A program made the position numbers and the translations under genes. Below the pieces are notes generated by a model that saw only the letters and a list, made by a program, of their open reading frames with translations, was not told the DNA's origin and did not search any database. From Octopus sinensis (taxonomy: Eukaryota), in NCBI RefSeq assembly GCF_006345805.1, contig NC_043015.1, positions 38,750,001 through 38,814,000 on the forward strand: a DNA stretch of 64,000 nt. The letters are read 5' to 3'. Positions 1-13,358 of this stretch are shown piece by piece (position 1 is the stretch's first letter; every line of letters starts with the position of its first letter).

Positions 1-1150
1 AGAGAGAGAGAGACAGTGCACTCAGCTGTAAATGAGTAAACCTGCAATGGACTAGCATCCCATCCAGGAGGAATATAATGATCATGATTATTTACTTATA
101 CACCATGTAACTGAAACTATGACATTGCCAAGAGTTCAAGTCCCGCTAAAGCCAACTTTGCTTTACATGCTAGGACTCGAGACAGTAGTGTCCAGGAGTT
201 GACCCTACCAACTTGCTAGCTGACTCTTCAGCCATGGCATTGATTTGACCAAGACTTTGTTGAGTAAAAATTTTATTGAGAGAAACAAAGATGGGAAAAA
301 AAATTGCATAAAAAAACCCAAAACAATGCAACCATTACTTGTAATTAATTGCAAATGGTTTATCCTGATAAGCTTTGCTCGTACACAAGATGGGATGGAC
401 GCTTTATAAGGATAAAAGAATTACTTGATATCAGCCGAGACATCAAACAAAATCATCAATCAATATTCAAAGCCTTACAAATTGCAGCTCAATTAATCAC
501 CAAGAGAGTATGTCACCAGTAAATCCTCTAAAGTTAGGGTATCTATTTAATTAATGACGCTTAATCAAACTGTAATACAAAAAAAATTATCGTTATTACA
601 AAAAATATGATTTTTGTTTTCTTTGTCCAATCTATTATATGAATAAGAATCCTTTTAGTAAAGCCCCACCTTCCATTATACACAAACTAAACTGCAGGGA
701 AATGCAATATCTCACACATTGAAGCATGAAAAGGTGGGGGAAAATGGATCAATACGGGAATGTTTAGACAAGGTTCAATAATTAGCTCACATCACTAATT
801 ATCTTTAACATTTCAAATACAATGCTCTTATAGGGAGACAAAGAAAAATAAAATAAAATAAAGGATAACAAATCAAAAGCTTAGCAATGAGTTCTAGGCA
901 TTCTAACTGCTTGAATAACAGGATTTCATGAGAGAAATTATAATATCTGGAGGTTATTGCAGAATTATTGATAGTTATAGGCAAAGGTAGGGCCATGCAA
1001 TTAAGAGACTTGTTTCACAGGTGTGTTGTTTTGGGCTCAGTTCCATGGCATGGCTCCTTGAGCAAATATCTTCACCTATAACTCTGGGTGGACCAGTGCC
1101 TTGTGAATGAATTTCATAGCCAGAAACTGTGTGGAAACCCATAATACACA

Positions 1151-1194
<44 letters not shown>

Positions 1195-1209
1195 ATACAC
1201 ACATAACGC

Positions 1210-1970
1210 ATAAGTAGAAACTCCATAAGATGTATGGAGCTATGGACACATAAGTGGTGCAGCAATATTAAGGGAAGGCTAACTGGGAAGATAGTTTTTG
1301 TATATGGCAGATGCTCAGGAGCAATAAACACTGAAAATCTGCAGAAAACAGCTTCTGTCATATTCCAAGGGAAAAGACTACAAGTAGTTGATAGCTTCTG
1401 TTACCTAGGTAACCAAGTTGGTAGCAGTGGTGGGGTACTCTGAAAGTGTAGCTGCTAGAGTAAGAATAGCCTGGGCAAAGTTCAGAGAGCTCTTACCTCT
1501 GCTGGTGACAAAGTGCCTCTCACTCAGAGTAAAAGGTAGACTGTATGACACATGTGTGCAAACAGCCATGCTACATATCAGTAAAACATGGGCTGTGACT
1601 GCTGAGGACATGCGTAAGCTCGCAAGAAATGAAGCCAGTATGATCTGCTGGATGTGTAATGTCAGTGTGCATACTCGACAGAGTGTAGGTACCTTGAGAG
1701 AAAAGTTGGACCTAAGAAGCATTAGATGTAGTGTGCAAGAGAGACGCTTGCGTTGGTATGGTCATGTGGCGAGAATGGACGAGGATAGCTGTGTGAAAAA
1801 GTGCCACACCCTAGCAATAGAGGGAACTTGTGGAAGAGGTAGACCCAGGATGACCTGGGATGAGGTGGTGAGGGACAACCTTTGAACACTGGGCCTCACC
1901 AAGGTGATGACAAGCGACTGAGACCTTTGGAAATATGCCGTGCGTGAGAAGACCCGGCAAGCCTAGTGAG
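1210..1970 (+). mobile_element. RTE-clade LINE, 3' fragment (end of RT ORF, degenerate)
   Basis: ORFs 1234-1443 and 1418-1885 read VVDSFCYLG...ARVRIAWAKFRELLPLL...KGRLY...RRLRWYGHVARM...GRGRPRMTW, typical of the RTE ORF C-terminus; interrupted by a stop. Confidence 0.85.
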
Positions 1971-2079
1971 ACCATAACCATGGCCTATGCCAGTGCTGTA
2001 TAACCAGCCCATTTAAGAGTACCCTTCAATCACTGGGTGATAAACTGTGCTTGCAAAGACCTGTTGAGGCAAGTGAAAT

Positions 2080-2563
2080 TGTTGTCGTGGCCGATGACAG
2101 TACCACCTGATTGGCACCTGTGCCAGTGGAATATTAAAAACATCATTTGAGCATGGCCGTTGCCAGTGCAGTTTGACTGGTCCTGTGCTAGTGGTACATA
2201 AAGAGCATCATTTGAGCGTGGTTGGTGTCAGTGCCGGCTGACTGGTCCCATACCGGTAGCATGTAAAAAGCACCATTCAAGCATGGTCATTGCCAGTGCT
2301 GCCTGACTGGCTCCAGTGCTGCTGGCTCCAGTAAAAAGCACCATTCAAGCAAGTGTGGTTGATGCTAGTACCACCTGACTGGCCCTTGTGCCAGTGACAT
2401 GGCAAAAGCACCCACTACACTCTCAGAGTGGTTGGCATTAGGAAGGGCATCCAGCCATAGAAACTTTGCCAGATCAGATTGGAGCCTGGTGCAGCGCTCA
2501 GTTAAACCGTCCAACACATGCCAGCATGGAGAGCAGACATTAAACGATGACAATGATGATGAT
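2080..2563 (+). mobile_element. Non-autonomous retroelement/SINE-like family with ~55-60 bp internal repeats and (GAT)n tail
   Basis: Repeated 'gccagtg...aaaagcacc' units, then 'cccactacactctc..gagtggttggc.ttaggaagggcatccagc' and a GAT tail. Many other copies (e.g. 6510-6855, 19740-20800, 27835-28108, 42840-43250, 44236-44460). Confidence 0.7.
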
Positions 2564-2589
2564 ATATATGTGTGTGTGTGTGTGTATGT

Positions 2590-2857
2590 ATATAATTTAG
2601 AGAAAAACATCCATTAAACAATTCAATAAAGAAAGATGTTATTCACACCATATAGAAAAAATATACTATAAAAAAACCTTATTCTAAAAATCAATAAAGT
2701 ACAATAAATAGTAAATAATAGTTTTTTTTACTACTATTTACTATTGTACTTTATTGACTTTTAGAATGTTTTTTTTTATAGTATATTTTTTCTATATGGT
2801 GTGAATAACATCTTTCTTTATTGAATTGTTTAATGGATGCTTTTCTCTAAATTATAT
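2590..2857. repeat. AT-rich inverted repeat (~130-bp arms, very short spacer)
   Basis: 'tataatttagagaaaaacatccattaaacaattcaataaagaaagatgttattcacacc' is the reverse complement of 'ggtgtgaataacatctttctttattgaattgtttaatggatgcttttctctaaattata'. Confidence 0.85.
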
Positions 2858-2999
2858 ACATACATTATACATTGTAAAATTTGATTTAAAATTGTTAAAC
2901 TGAATTTTCCCTGTAAGTTTTGGAATTATATTCCCTACTACTACTACTACTACTACTACAACTACAACTACTATCATCATCATCATCATCATATATATA

Positions 3000-3050
<51 letters not shown>

Positions 3051-3554
3051 ATATATATATAGGTAGAATCAGGAAGATGTGGGATGAGGTGGTGAAGTAT
3101 GGTCTTTGAATATTGATGACAAGTGACCAAGAACTTTGGTGATTTGCTTGTGAAGATATGTCAAGCCAAATGAAACCATAGTTGTCACCAGTTCTGGCGA
3201 CACATGAAGGACACCTGTGTCAGTGATGCATAAAAGGCACCAACTACACTTTTGGAGTGGTTGGCATTAGGAAGGGCATCCAGCCATCGAAACCAAGCCA
3301 AACCAGATGGGAACCTGATATGGCTCTCCACTTTACCAGCTCCAATCAAACTGTCCAACCCATGCCAGCTTGGAAAGCAGACACTAAATAACGATGATGA
3401 TGATGATGATGATAATGATATATATATTCTTTTACTTGTTTTAGTCATTTGACTGCAGGCATGCTTAAGCACTCATGACCCTTCTGTCTGACTCAGACGC
3501 CATGATAGATCGGTAGCCACTACATTGTTTCCCTCCTTGTATTTTTCTGTGTCC

Positions 3555-3590
3555 CTTTCTGTAGAAGAGCGTAGGCTCGAAACAAAAAAG
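3555..3590 (+). ncRNA. Degenerate minimal type I hammerhead-like motif (family B)
   Basis: cttt-CTGTAGA-A-GAGC gtag GCTC-GAAAC...aaag; homologous copy on - strand at 53798-53833. Confidence 0.4.
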
Positions 3591-4229
3591 ACTTTTTCTA
3601 TTCCTGAGCGTTATACTAATACATCTGTTTGTTTTCTACACCACCTGTCTTCGTCTTTTGTTTTTTTCGTAAACTCTCCCTATATATATATAGATAGATA
3701 GATATAGATATAGATATAGATATAGATATATAGAAGTTTGAAGAGGAACATACGAGTTGATATATATGGGAAAAAAGTCCAGGTAGAAAATTCTAAAATA
3801 ATTTTATAAAAAACATGAACTCACTGCGAGCCATGGACTCACTTCATTTGTCGAGGCCTTCACTGTCACATCATATCTCAGTCTTCGTCATTTCCTCTGT
3901 GTGGCCCAATGTGCCACCGGCACAGAAGCCAGTTAGCCACTCTGGCAATGATCATACTCGGATGGTGCACTTGGCACCCTACTAGCACAGGCACAAGTGC
4001 TAGTAGGGCGACGCTGGTAATGATCACACTCGAATGGTGCCTTTTAAGTGCCACTGGCACGGAAAGCGGTTAGCCACTCTGTCAACGATTACACTCGTAT
4101 GGTGCTCTTTGCACCCCACTAGCACGGATGCCAGTCATCGAATTTGATTTTGATTTCACTTGCCTCAACAAGTCTTCGCAAGCAGAGTTTAGTGACCAAA
4201 GAAGGAAAGGTATGCGTAAGTGGGCTGGT

Positions 4230-4632
4230 AACGCCCCTGGCATAGGCCATGAGGTTATGGTCTCATTTGGCTTGCCCGGTCTTCTCAAGCACAGCATATT
4301 TCCAAAAGTCTCGGTCGCTAGTCATTTCCTTGGTGAGGCCGAAAGTTCGAAGGTCATGCTTCACCACTTCATCCTAGATCTTCCTGGGTCTACCTCTTCC
4401 ACAGGTTCCCTCAACTGCTAAGGTGTGGCACTTTTTCACACAGCTATCCTCGTCCATTCACAACACATGACCAAACCAGCGCAGTCGTCTCTCTTGCACA
4501 CCACACCTAATGCTTCTTAAGTCCAACTTTTCTTTCGAGCTACTAACACTCTGTCGAGTATGCACACTGACATTACACATCCATCGGAGCATACTGGCTT
4601 CATTCCTTGTGAGTTTATGCATGTCCTTAGCA
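4230..4632 (-). mobile_element. RTE-clade LINE 3' fragment
   Basis: ORF 4458-4700 (RNEASMLRWMCNV...ERRLRWFGHVL) is homologous to the copy at 1210-1970. Confidence 0.8.
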
Positions 4633-4864
4633 TAAAAACACGCCACATGTAGATAAGAAATGAAAACATGCCACATGTAGACAAGAAACAAAAACCTCAC
4701 ACATGTAGATAAGAAATAAAAAGGAAGAAACTAAAAAAAGGAGAATATTAGTTGAGTCCTGGAGTTGTTTTATTGGACTGTTTCCTTGTCACACCTGTAA
4801 CAAATTTGTCGTTTTTTGTTACATTTCTTTAATTACAAATATATTCATGTCAAATCCTGGTTGA

Positions 4865-5321
4865 CACATAGAGGAGTGCATGTGTGTGTGTGTGTATGTG
4901 AGCATAGAGGAGTATGTGTTTGTGTGTGTGTCAGCATAGAGGAGTATGTGTTTGTGGTGTGTGTGTGTGGTGTGTCAGCATACAGGAGTATGTGTTTGTG
5001 TGTGTGTGTGTGTCAGCATAGAGGAGTGTGTGTGTGTGTGTGTGTATGTGAGCATAGAGGAGTATGTGTTTGTGTGTGTGTGTGTGTGTGTGTCAGCATA
5101 CAGGAGTATGTGTTTGTGTGTGTGTGTGTGTCAGCATAGAGGAGTGTGTGTGTGTGTGTGTCAGCATAGAGGAGTGTGGTGTGTGTGTGTGTGTGTGTGT
5201 GTCAGCATAGAGGAGTGTGTGTGTGTGTGTGTGTGTGTGTCAGCATAGAGGAGTGTGTGTGTGTGTGTGTTGTGTGTGTGTGTGTGTCAGCATAGAGGAG
5301 TGTGTGTGTGTCATCATAGAG

Positions 5322-5356
<35 letters not shown>

Positions 5357-5453
5357 AGCATAGAGGAGTGTGTGTGTGTGTGTGTGTGTGTGTGTCAGCA
5401 TAGAGGAGTGTGGTGTGTGTGTGTTGTGTGTGTGTGTGTGTGTCAGCATAGAG

Positions 5454-5500
<47 letters not shown>

Positions 5501-5509
5501 AGCATAGAG

Positions 5510-5546
<37 letters not shown>

Positions 5547-5566
5547 AGCATAGAGGAGTGTGTGTG
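4865..5566. repeat. Compound minisatellite: constant 'cagcatagaggag' plus variable-length (TG)n
   Basis: About 20 units seen directly. Confidence 0.9.
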
Positions 5567-6235
5567 TTACAAGGAAGTACATCAAAAATTAATTCACCCA
5601 TTTAAATCCCGTGTCCTTATGCAACAACATTATTGGTTCATTTTGCCTTTTCCTTATTTATGTCTGTTCAAATTCCCAGCAAAGGTTTTTCCCCTTAATC
5701 GTCTTTGACGACATTGTTGGTAGAGGTTAGTCACTGCCGCCACCCTCACCTCTGACCTCGTTGCCTGCTGTTATCTTGGTTCTTCTGATACTTGTCTTTT
5801 TTTGAAATTAGCACTGATTTTGGCTCTGTTTTGTATCAAGCCATCAGAAGTAGTCAAAGAGATTAAAACGGGGCGGGGGGGGGGTAATGAGAGAGGGAGA
5901 GGGGGAGATAGATAAATAGATAGATAGAGAAAGATAGGTAGAAAGGGGATGGAGAGACAGGGGGAGATAGATAGATAGAGAGAGAGAGAGGGGGGAGAAA
6001 GGGGAGGGAGAGAGAGAGGGAGAAAAGGGACGGAGAGGGGGAGAGAGGGGGTAGTGGGAGGGAGGGAGAGAGGAGGGAAAGGGGGACAGAGAGAAGGAGA
6101 GAGAGGGAGATAGATAGATAGATAGAGAGAGGGGAAGAGAGATACAGGGAGAAAGTGGAGAGGGAGAGAGAGGAGAGGAAGAAAGGAGGAGAGAGAGGGA
6201 GAGATAGGTAGAGAGAGAAGTAGATAGAGAGAGGG

Positions 6236-6266
<31 letters not shown>

Positions 6267-7828
6267 GAGGGAGAGAGAGTCGATAGATGAGATCCTGACA
6301 TGTTCACACTACAGAAAAGAGTGACGTTCAAATGATTTGAACTTCCTTCTGGAATCATTATCAAGGACCAAATCTGGAGGTTAAAGAGTTGCCTTAAGGA
6401 GAAGAACCCAGGAGACCTTAATATGGAGATAATGACGGAAATAAACAAATAAAACTGCTTGGGTGCGAGACATACAAAATATACATATTTCTATAAATTG
6501 TAATTAGGGCCATTGCCAGCCACCCCTGGCACCTGTGCCGGTGGCACGTAAAAAGCGCCATCCATACGTGGTCGATGCCAGCACCACCTTGACTGGCTTC
6601 TGTGCCAGTGGCACGTAAAAAGCACCAACCGATCGTGGCCGTTGCCAGCCTACCGTGGCCCCTGTGCCATTGGCACGTAAAAAGCACCCACTACACTCAC
6701 AGAGTGGTTGGCGTTAGGAAGGGCATCCAGCTGTAGAAACACTGCTAGATCAGACTGGAGCCTGGTGCAGCCTTCTGGCTTCCCAGATCCCTAGTCGAAC
6801 CATCCAACCCATGCCAGCATGGAAAACAGACGTTAAATGATGATGATGATGATGATTCTGAGAGAAAATAAAGACGGAAAATATTCAGATGATGAATATT
6901 CATGTAACATCATCATCACCACCATCATCATAATTACCACCACCATCACCATCACCATCACCATCATCATCATCATAATTTAAAGTCCATTTCCCATGCT
7001 GGTATGTGTCGCATGGTTTGATTGAAAACTGGAAAGCCGGGGAGCAGCACCAGATTCTGATCTGATTTGGCAAGGTTTCTATGGCTGGATGCCCTTCCTA
7101 ACACCAACCACTCAGAGAGTGTAGTGGGTGTTTTTATGTGCCAGTGGCACAGGTGCCATTGACCTGACACTGGCATCAGCCACAACTATTGTCTCACTTG
7201 GTTTGACCAGTCAATACATGCATGGTATATCGCCAAAGGTCTTGGCCACACTGCCTCCATGAGGCTCAATGTTTCAACAGTGCTTGACATGTGCCACTGG
7301 CACGAGTGCCAGTCAGACGGCACTTGCATCGCCAGCCAGACCGCACAGAGCAAACTTACACAGAATTCAAAGACACAGAAAATTAAGGGGAGAAGGCATA
7401 GTGTTACAGGTCCAACAGCTGTTTCTTGAGGCTCAGAATTACTTCATGTTTGCATATCAATAAAACAAGCATCTGGCTGAAATACGAATGAGAGGCAGAG
7501 TCAATAGAATCGATCCTTTAACTTTGAAGGCTGTGCCCCAGCACGGCTGCCATCCAATGACTGAAACCAGAAAACGAGTGAACAACATCGAGAATAATAG
7601 ATGCAGGTGTGGTTGTGTGGTAAAAAGTTTGCTTCTCAACCGTGTCGTCTTCAGTTCAGTCCCAATGCATGGCACCTTGAGCAAGTGTCTTCTACTATAA
7701 TCCTGATCTGGCCAAAGCCTTGTGAATGCATTTGGTAGACAGAAACTGAAAGAAATCTATCTATCTGCCTGTCTGTCTGTCTGTCTGTCTTTCTTTCTAT
7801 GTATGTTTGTATATCTGTGTGTGTGTGT

Positions 7829-7862
<34 letters not shown>

Positions 7863-8331
7863 CTGTGTGTCTTTGTCATTCATCACTGCTTGACAAAATG
7901 GTAGGTTTGTTTATGTCCCAGTAACTTAGCAGTTTGGCAATAACGACTGATAGACATGTACCAGGCTTGTTCTGAGGTGGACTTGTCCAACTAAACCCTT
8001 TGAAGTGGTACCTCAGCATGGTCGTAGTCTAATGACTAAAACAGATAAAACACAGAAAGATATCTCACGATGTGTTGGGGTTTTTTTTTTTTAACCCTAG
8101 GTAATGCATTTATTACTCTGTGATAAAAAGCCATTTGGCTGTGACCATTAACGAACCCATGGCCTTTCCTTAAGTAATAAACAGCTGAGTCACTCACATC
8201 CGCACAGTCACACATACATGCAGGTACTAACATATACACACTCACTCACACATTCAGCCACATACAGCGCCCACCACCACCACCACGCCTCATACACACA
8301 AACACACACACAAGCACATGTACACACACAT

Positions 8332-8362
<31 letters not shown>

Positions 8363-10639
8363 AGCACATACACACACACACACATACACACACAAGCACA
8401 TATACACACACACACACAAGCACATACACACACACACACATACACACACAAGCACATATACACACACACACACACCTTTCTCTTTTTTTCATCTTCAACC
8501 AAACAATGCAAAAATTCGCTGCGTTGTGGCCTTCATAATTATTTGTTTCAAGCTGACAAACATAATTTATCATTATAGTTGCTATGGCAATACATCTAGA
8601 TTTATCTGCTGGATAATCACTTGATGGTTATCAATATTTGCAAGTTGCTTGAAAATTGTGTGTTTGTGTGGAGGGATCTTCATTGGGCCTTTGAGGGGCC
8701 CCAACAATGGAACTTCATTGCATTGAGTAGATTTCATTAAACTTGACCAATATTTCTCAAGCAACAAACAATTTCCATCAAAACAATGAGATACATTGTT
8801 GACTTGGGACTCATTGCAAAGCTGCATGATAAACCCCACCACTCCCAGTACCACCACCAACACCACCACAACGACTGTCACCACCACCACCACTGTCACC
8901 ACCACTGTCACCACCACCACCACCACACCACCACCACCGCCACCACATCTGCCACACACACACACACACACGTTCAGCCTTTTAGTAATGGGGTGATAGT
9001 AATAGTATGAGTTGCAGTTGTGATAGAGGCGGAGGCAGTAGTGATGATGGTGGTGGTGGTGGTTGTGGTAGCCGAGGTGGTCGGGGATGATGGTGAGAGT
9101 AAGTGGTGTGAAAGACAGTGTATTTGTGTGTGTTTTGTATGTGTGTGCGTGTATATATATGTGTGTGTTTGTGTGGAGGTGCAATGGCCCAGTGGTTAAG
9201 GCAGTGGACTCGCGGTTGTAGGATCGCAGTTTTAGATTCCCAGACTGGGCGTTGTAAGTGTTTATTGAGTGAAAACACCTAAAAGCTCCACGAGGCTCCG
9301 GCAGGGGGTGGTGGTGATCCCTGCTGCACTCTTTCGCCACAACTCTCTCTCACTCTTTCCTCTGTTGGCCTGCTCGCTTAGCCAGCAGGGTGGCGTCATT
9401 CGAAGGCTAAAACAATGCAAAGCGCATTGTGACCAGCGATGTGTAACAACATCTGATAGCCTGGTCGGTCACGGTGATCACGGTGATATATATATGTGTG
9501 TGTGTGCGTGTGAACATGTGTGCTTGTGTGTATGTGTGCGTTTGTGTGTGTGTTTGTGCATGTGTGTGTGTGCTTGTGTTTTTGTGTGTGTATGTGTGTG
9601 AACATGTGTGTCTGTGTGTATGTGCATGTTTATGTGTGTTTGTGTGTGTGTATATGTGTGTGTGCATGTGTATGTGTGTGTGTGTCAGTGTGTGTCAGTG
9701 TTTGTGTGTGTGTTTGTGTGTTTATGTGTTTGTGTGTGTGTTTGTGTGTGTATGTATGTGTGTGCGTGTGTGTGTCTCTCACCAATTGATGACAGTTGTC
9801 TTCTTTAGTGTTTCTGTAAATTAGTCCATTCAGTAGAATTGCTAGAAAAGTTACCAGACTTATTCTTCGAAGAACTGGGGGTCGATGTGATCGATGAAAG
9901 CCCCTTCATAGCCACACCCCAATATGACTGCAGTCCAATGAGCAAAACCAGCAAAGAGAGGAATCTACAAATGTGGAACATATTTTAATTTATGTCAATT
10001 TGAGCAAAAATCCTTTCTCCTAAAGACACAAAGCCTGAAATTTGTGGGGAGAGGACTAGTTGATTACATCGACCCCCAGTATACAACCGGTACTTATTTT
10101 ATCAACCCTGAAAGGATGAAAGGCAAAGTCGACCCTGATGGAATTTGAACTCAGAACGTAGCGATGGGATAAATACCAGGAAATATTTCGCCCGGCATGC
10201 TAGCGATTCTGCCAGCTCATTTGAGCAATAATGTCACAGAAATGTAATATCATGTGACAACAAAAGATTAACAAAAATATCAAGAATTCACAGCCATGAA
10301 ACACACAAAAAAAATAAATAAATAATGAGAGAGGAGTGTTTAGAAAATTCAGAAAGTTCATGTGAAACGTGATATATATCGAATATATATATCTGTCGTA
10401 CCAGGATATGTCCATATATGGAGAGATTGATAGAGAGATATAAAGACATATAATGGTCGAGTACTCCACAGACACACGTAGCCTTATTAAAGAAGTTCTC
10501 AGAGAAGGTGACAAGACTGGCCCTTCGAATTACAGGGACTGCTCATTTTTGTTGGCTGAGTGGAAATAAAGCATCTTACTCAAAAACACAAGGCACCAAT
10601 GGGAATTGAACTCACGACCGGATAATTATGAACCAGATA

Positions 10640-11410
10640 CCTATTTCTTTACCACCCACAAGGGACTAAACACAGAGGGGACAAACAAGGACAGACAAAC
10701 GGATTAAGTCAATTATATCGACCCCAGTACGTAACTGGTACTTAATTTATCGACCCTGAAAGGATGAAAGGCAAAGTCGACCTCGGCGGAATTTGAACTG
10801 AGAATGTAGCGATAGACGAAATACCTATTTCTTTACTACCCACAAGGGGCTAAACACAGAGGGGACAAACAAGGACAGACAAACGGATTAAGTCAATTAT
10901 ATCGACCCCAGTGCGTAACTGGTACTTAATTTATCGACCCTGAAAGGATGAAAGGCAAAGTCGACCTCGGCGGAATTTGAACTGAGAATGTAGCGATAGA
11001 CGAAATACCTATTTCTTTACTACCCACAAGGGGCTAAACACAGAGGGGACAAACAAGGACAGACAAACGGATTAAGTCGATTATATAGACCCTAGTGCGT
11101 AACTGATACTTAATTTATCGACCCCGAAAGGATGAAAGGCAAAGTCGACCTCAGCGGAATTTGAACTCAGAACATAGTGACAGACGAAATACCTATTTCT
11201 TTACTTCCCACAAGGGGCTAAACACAGAGGGGACAAACAGATTAAGTCAGTTATATCGACCCCAGTGCGTAACTGGTACTTAATTTATCAACCCCGAAAG
11301 GATGAAAGGCAAAGTTGATCTCGGTGGAATTTGAACTCAGAATGTAACGGCAGATGAAATACCGCTAAGCATTTTGCCTGGCGTGCTAATGACTCTGCCA
11401 GCTCACCGCT
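10640..11410 (-). mobile_element. Tandem array (~4 x 184 bp) of an octopus MetaSINE-like element
   Basis: Repeated 'gaaaggatgaaaggcaaagtcgacctcggcggaatttgaactcag' core; dispersed copies at 46900-47300, 51625-51850, 59718-59950, 62610-62970. Confidence 0.75.
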
Positions 11411-11607
11411 AACCAGATACCCTAACCACTATGCCATGTGCCTTCATACACACACACATGCGCGCACGCACACACACACACACACACACACTCGTGCACA
11501 AATGCCGAAATACACACATACAGAGAGAGAGTTGGAAAGAGAAAGGAGGAGAGAGACAGAGAGATATCATACATGCATACAAACATGATTAGATGCTCTC
11601 ACACACA

Positions 11608-11836
11608 TTAACCCTTTTGTTACCAACCTGGCTGAAACTGGATCTGGCTCTGTGGTACAAATGTCTTGTTTCCATAAATTTTGAATTAAAATCTTCCACC
11701 AAACCTTAGTCACAATTTATGTTCCTAACACTAGCTGAATGATTACTAAGTTGTTTTACTAAATTCTTTGTTATATTTGAAATAATTGAGAGAAAAACAG
11801 AGCATCTCAAAATAAATAGAGTAATGAAAGGGTTAA
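11608..11836. mobile_element. TTAA-flanked MITE (piggyBac-like termini CCCTTT...AAAGGG)
   Basis: ttaa-cccttttgttac...gtaatgaaaggg-ttaa; other copies at 26075-26304, 57891-58119 and partial 34200-34352. Confidence 0.8.
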
Positions 11837-12654
11837 AAGAAAGAGACAGGTTGATAATGAGAGAAACATCAAAATGTTTGATGTCAAATAAGTCAGTGCT
11901 GATTCAGTGGTGCCAAAAGAGCCATGCCGAAATGTTTCATACACATGTCTGGGAAATCAGATTTGAGACATACTGAAAGAAAGAAATTTTCTAAAGTTCT
12001 GCCATAAGAGGAACAAAGAAGGCATCAGGTGTTTCAGGTTGCAAGACAGTAGGTCAGTAAGAATTGCGACTATTGAGGAAACGACAGCAATTCGGTAACC
12101 TTCATCAATACCAAGAGGAAAGAGGCTTGGAAATGCCACAATGAGATTTTGGTGAATGTGAAGAATGTATGGGAGAAGGAGGAACTATTCCAAGTGAACG
12201 GAACAGAGGAATGAGCAACTGCACTTAACTGCTGTCTGGTCAAGTGCAATGATTAATGATAGGAGGGCGGGAAAAGCAGCTGGTCCATGAAGTACAGTCA
12301 CTGAAATGCTGAAAATATTTGGTGAAGTAGGCAGAGCCGTAGTCACTCACACAATCATCATCATCATCATCGTCGGTTAACGTCCGCCTTCCATGCTGGC
12401 ATGCGTTGGACGACTTTGATTGAGGGCTGGAGAACCAGACGGCCGCACCAGGCTGCAATCTTGACCTGGCAGAGTTTCTACAGCTGGATGCCCTTCCTAA
12501 CGCCAATCACTCCGAGACGTGTTTATGATAACTGGTGAAATATTGATGAAACACGGAACAGAAAATGTTCTCTCTATGGATTTCTGTACTTCTTTGACAA
12601 AGTACGAGGGTGAGTCAAAAGGTAATGCCATTTTGTTTAGGACAGGTATAATTG

Positions 12655-12686
<32 letters not shown>

Positions 12687-13325
12687 GATGATGATGGTGG
12701 TGATGATGATGATGATGGTGGTGATGATGATGATGATGATGGTGGTGATGATGATGATGATGATGGTGATGATGGTGGTGATGATGATGAAGATGAAATT
12801 CACTCTAATTCACTTCCAACACTTTTGGTCAGCTCCAAGCTAAAGTAGACAGACCCTGTCAACTAAGTGCCACACATTGAAACCTGAATCCGTCCTAGAT
12901 TCAGGTCCGTACAAGCTCCGGAAGTGAATCTGTGCCGTTAAAGACAATGCCGAAGCTTGTCAGGTGAGACGACATCTCTGATAATTCCAAACTGCCCGGC
13001 CTCGTCACATGCTGCTGCTACTGCCGCTGCTGCTGTACTGGTTCTGGCCGACAATTGCATCAATAGTACAGGTGCCCTGTACTATAATAGGAGCAAATAG
13101 TTCCATTGACTGAACAACTGGGACACACGGACACGGGAGTTAATGAAGTGAAGCTAATTTGGCACGAATCATCACTCTCTCTCTCTCTCTCTATAAATAT
13201 ATACATATATATATGTATGTATGCATATATATACATATATATATATGTATATATATGTATGTATGTATGTATGTGTGTATGTATGTATGTGTGTATGCAT
13301 GCATGTATGTATGTATGTGTGTGTG

Positions 13326-13358
<33 letters not shown>

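Noticed and set aside
4865-5566. CRISPR-like array of a constant 13-bp repeat with variable spacers
   Set aside because: The spacers are just (TG)n, the repeat is too short, the context is eukaryotic and there are no cas genes; it is a minisatellite
5750-5825. Possible - strand coding exon (EPKSVLISKKDKYQKNQDNSRQRGQR)
   Set aside because: Weak acceptor, no recognisable homology and no phase-linked partner exon found
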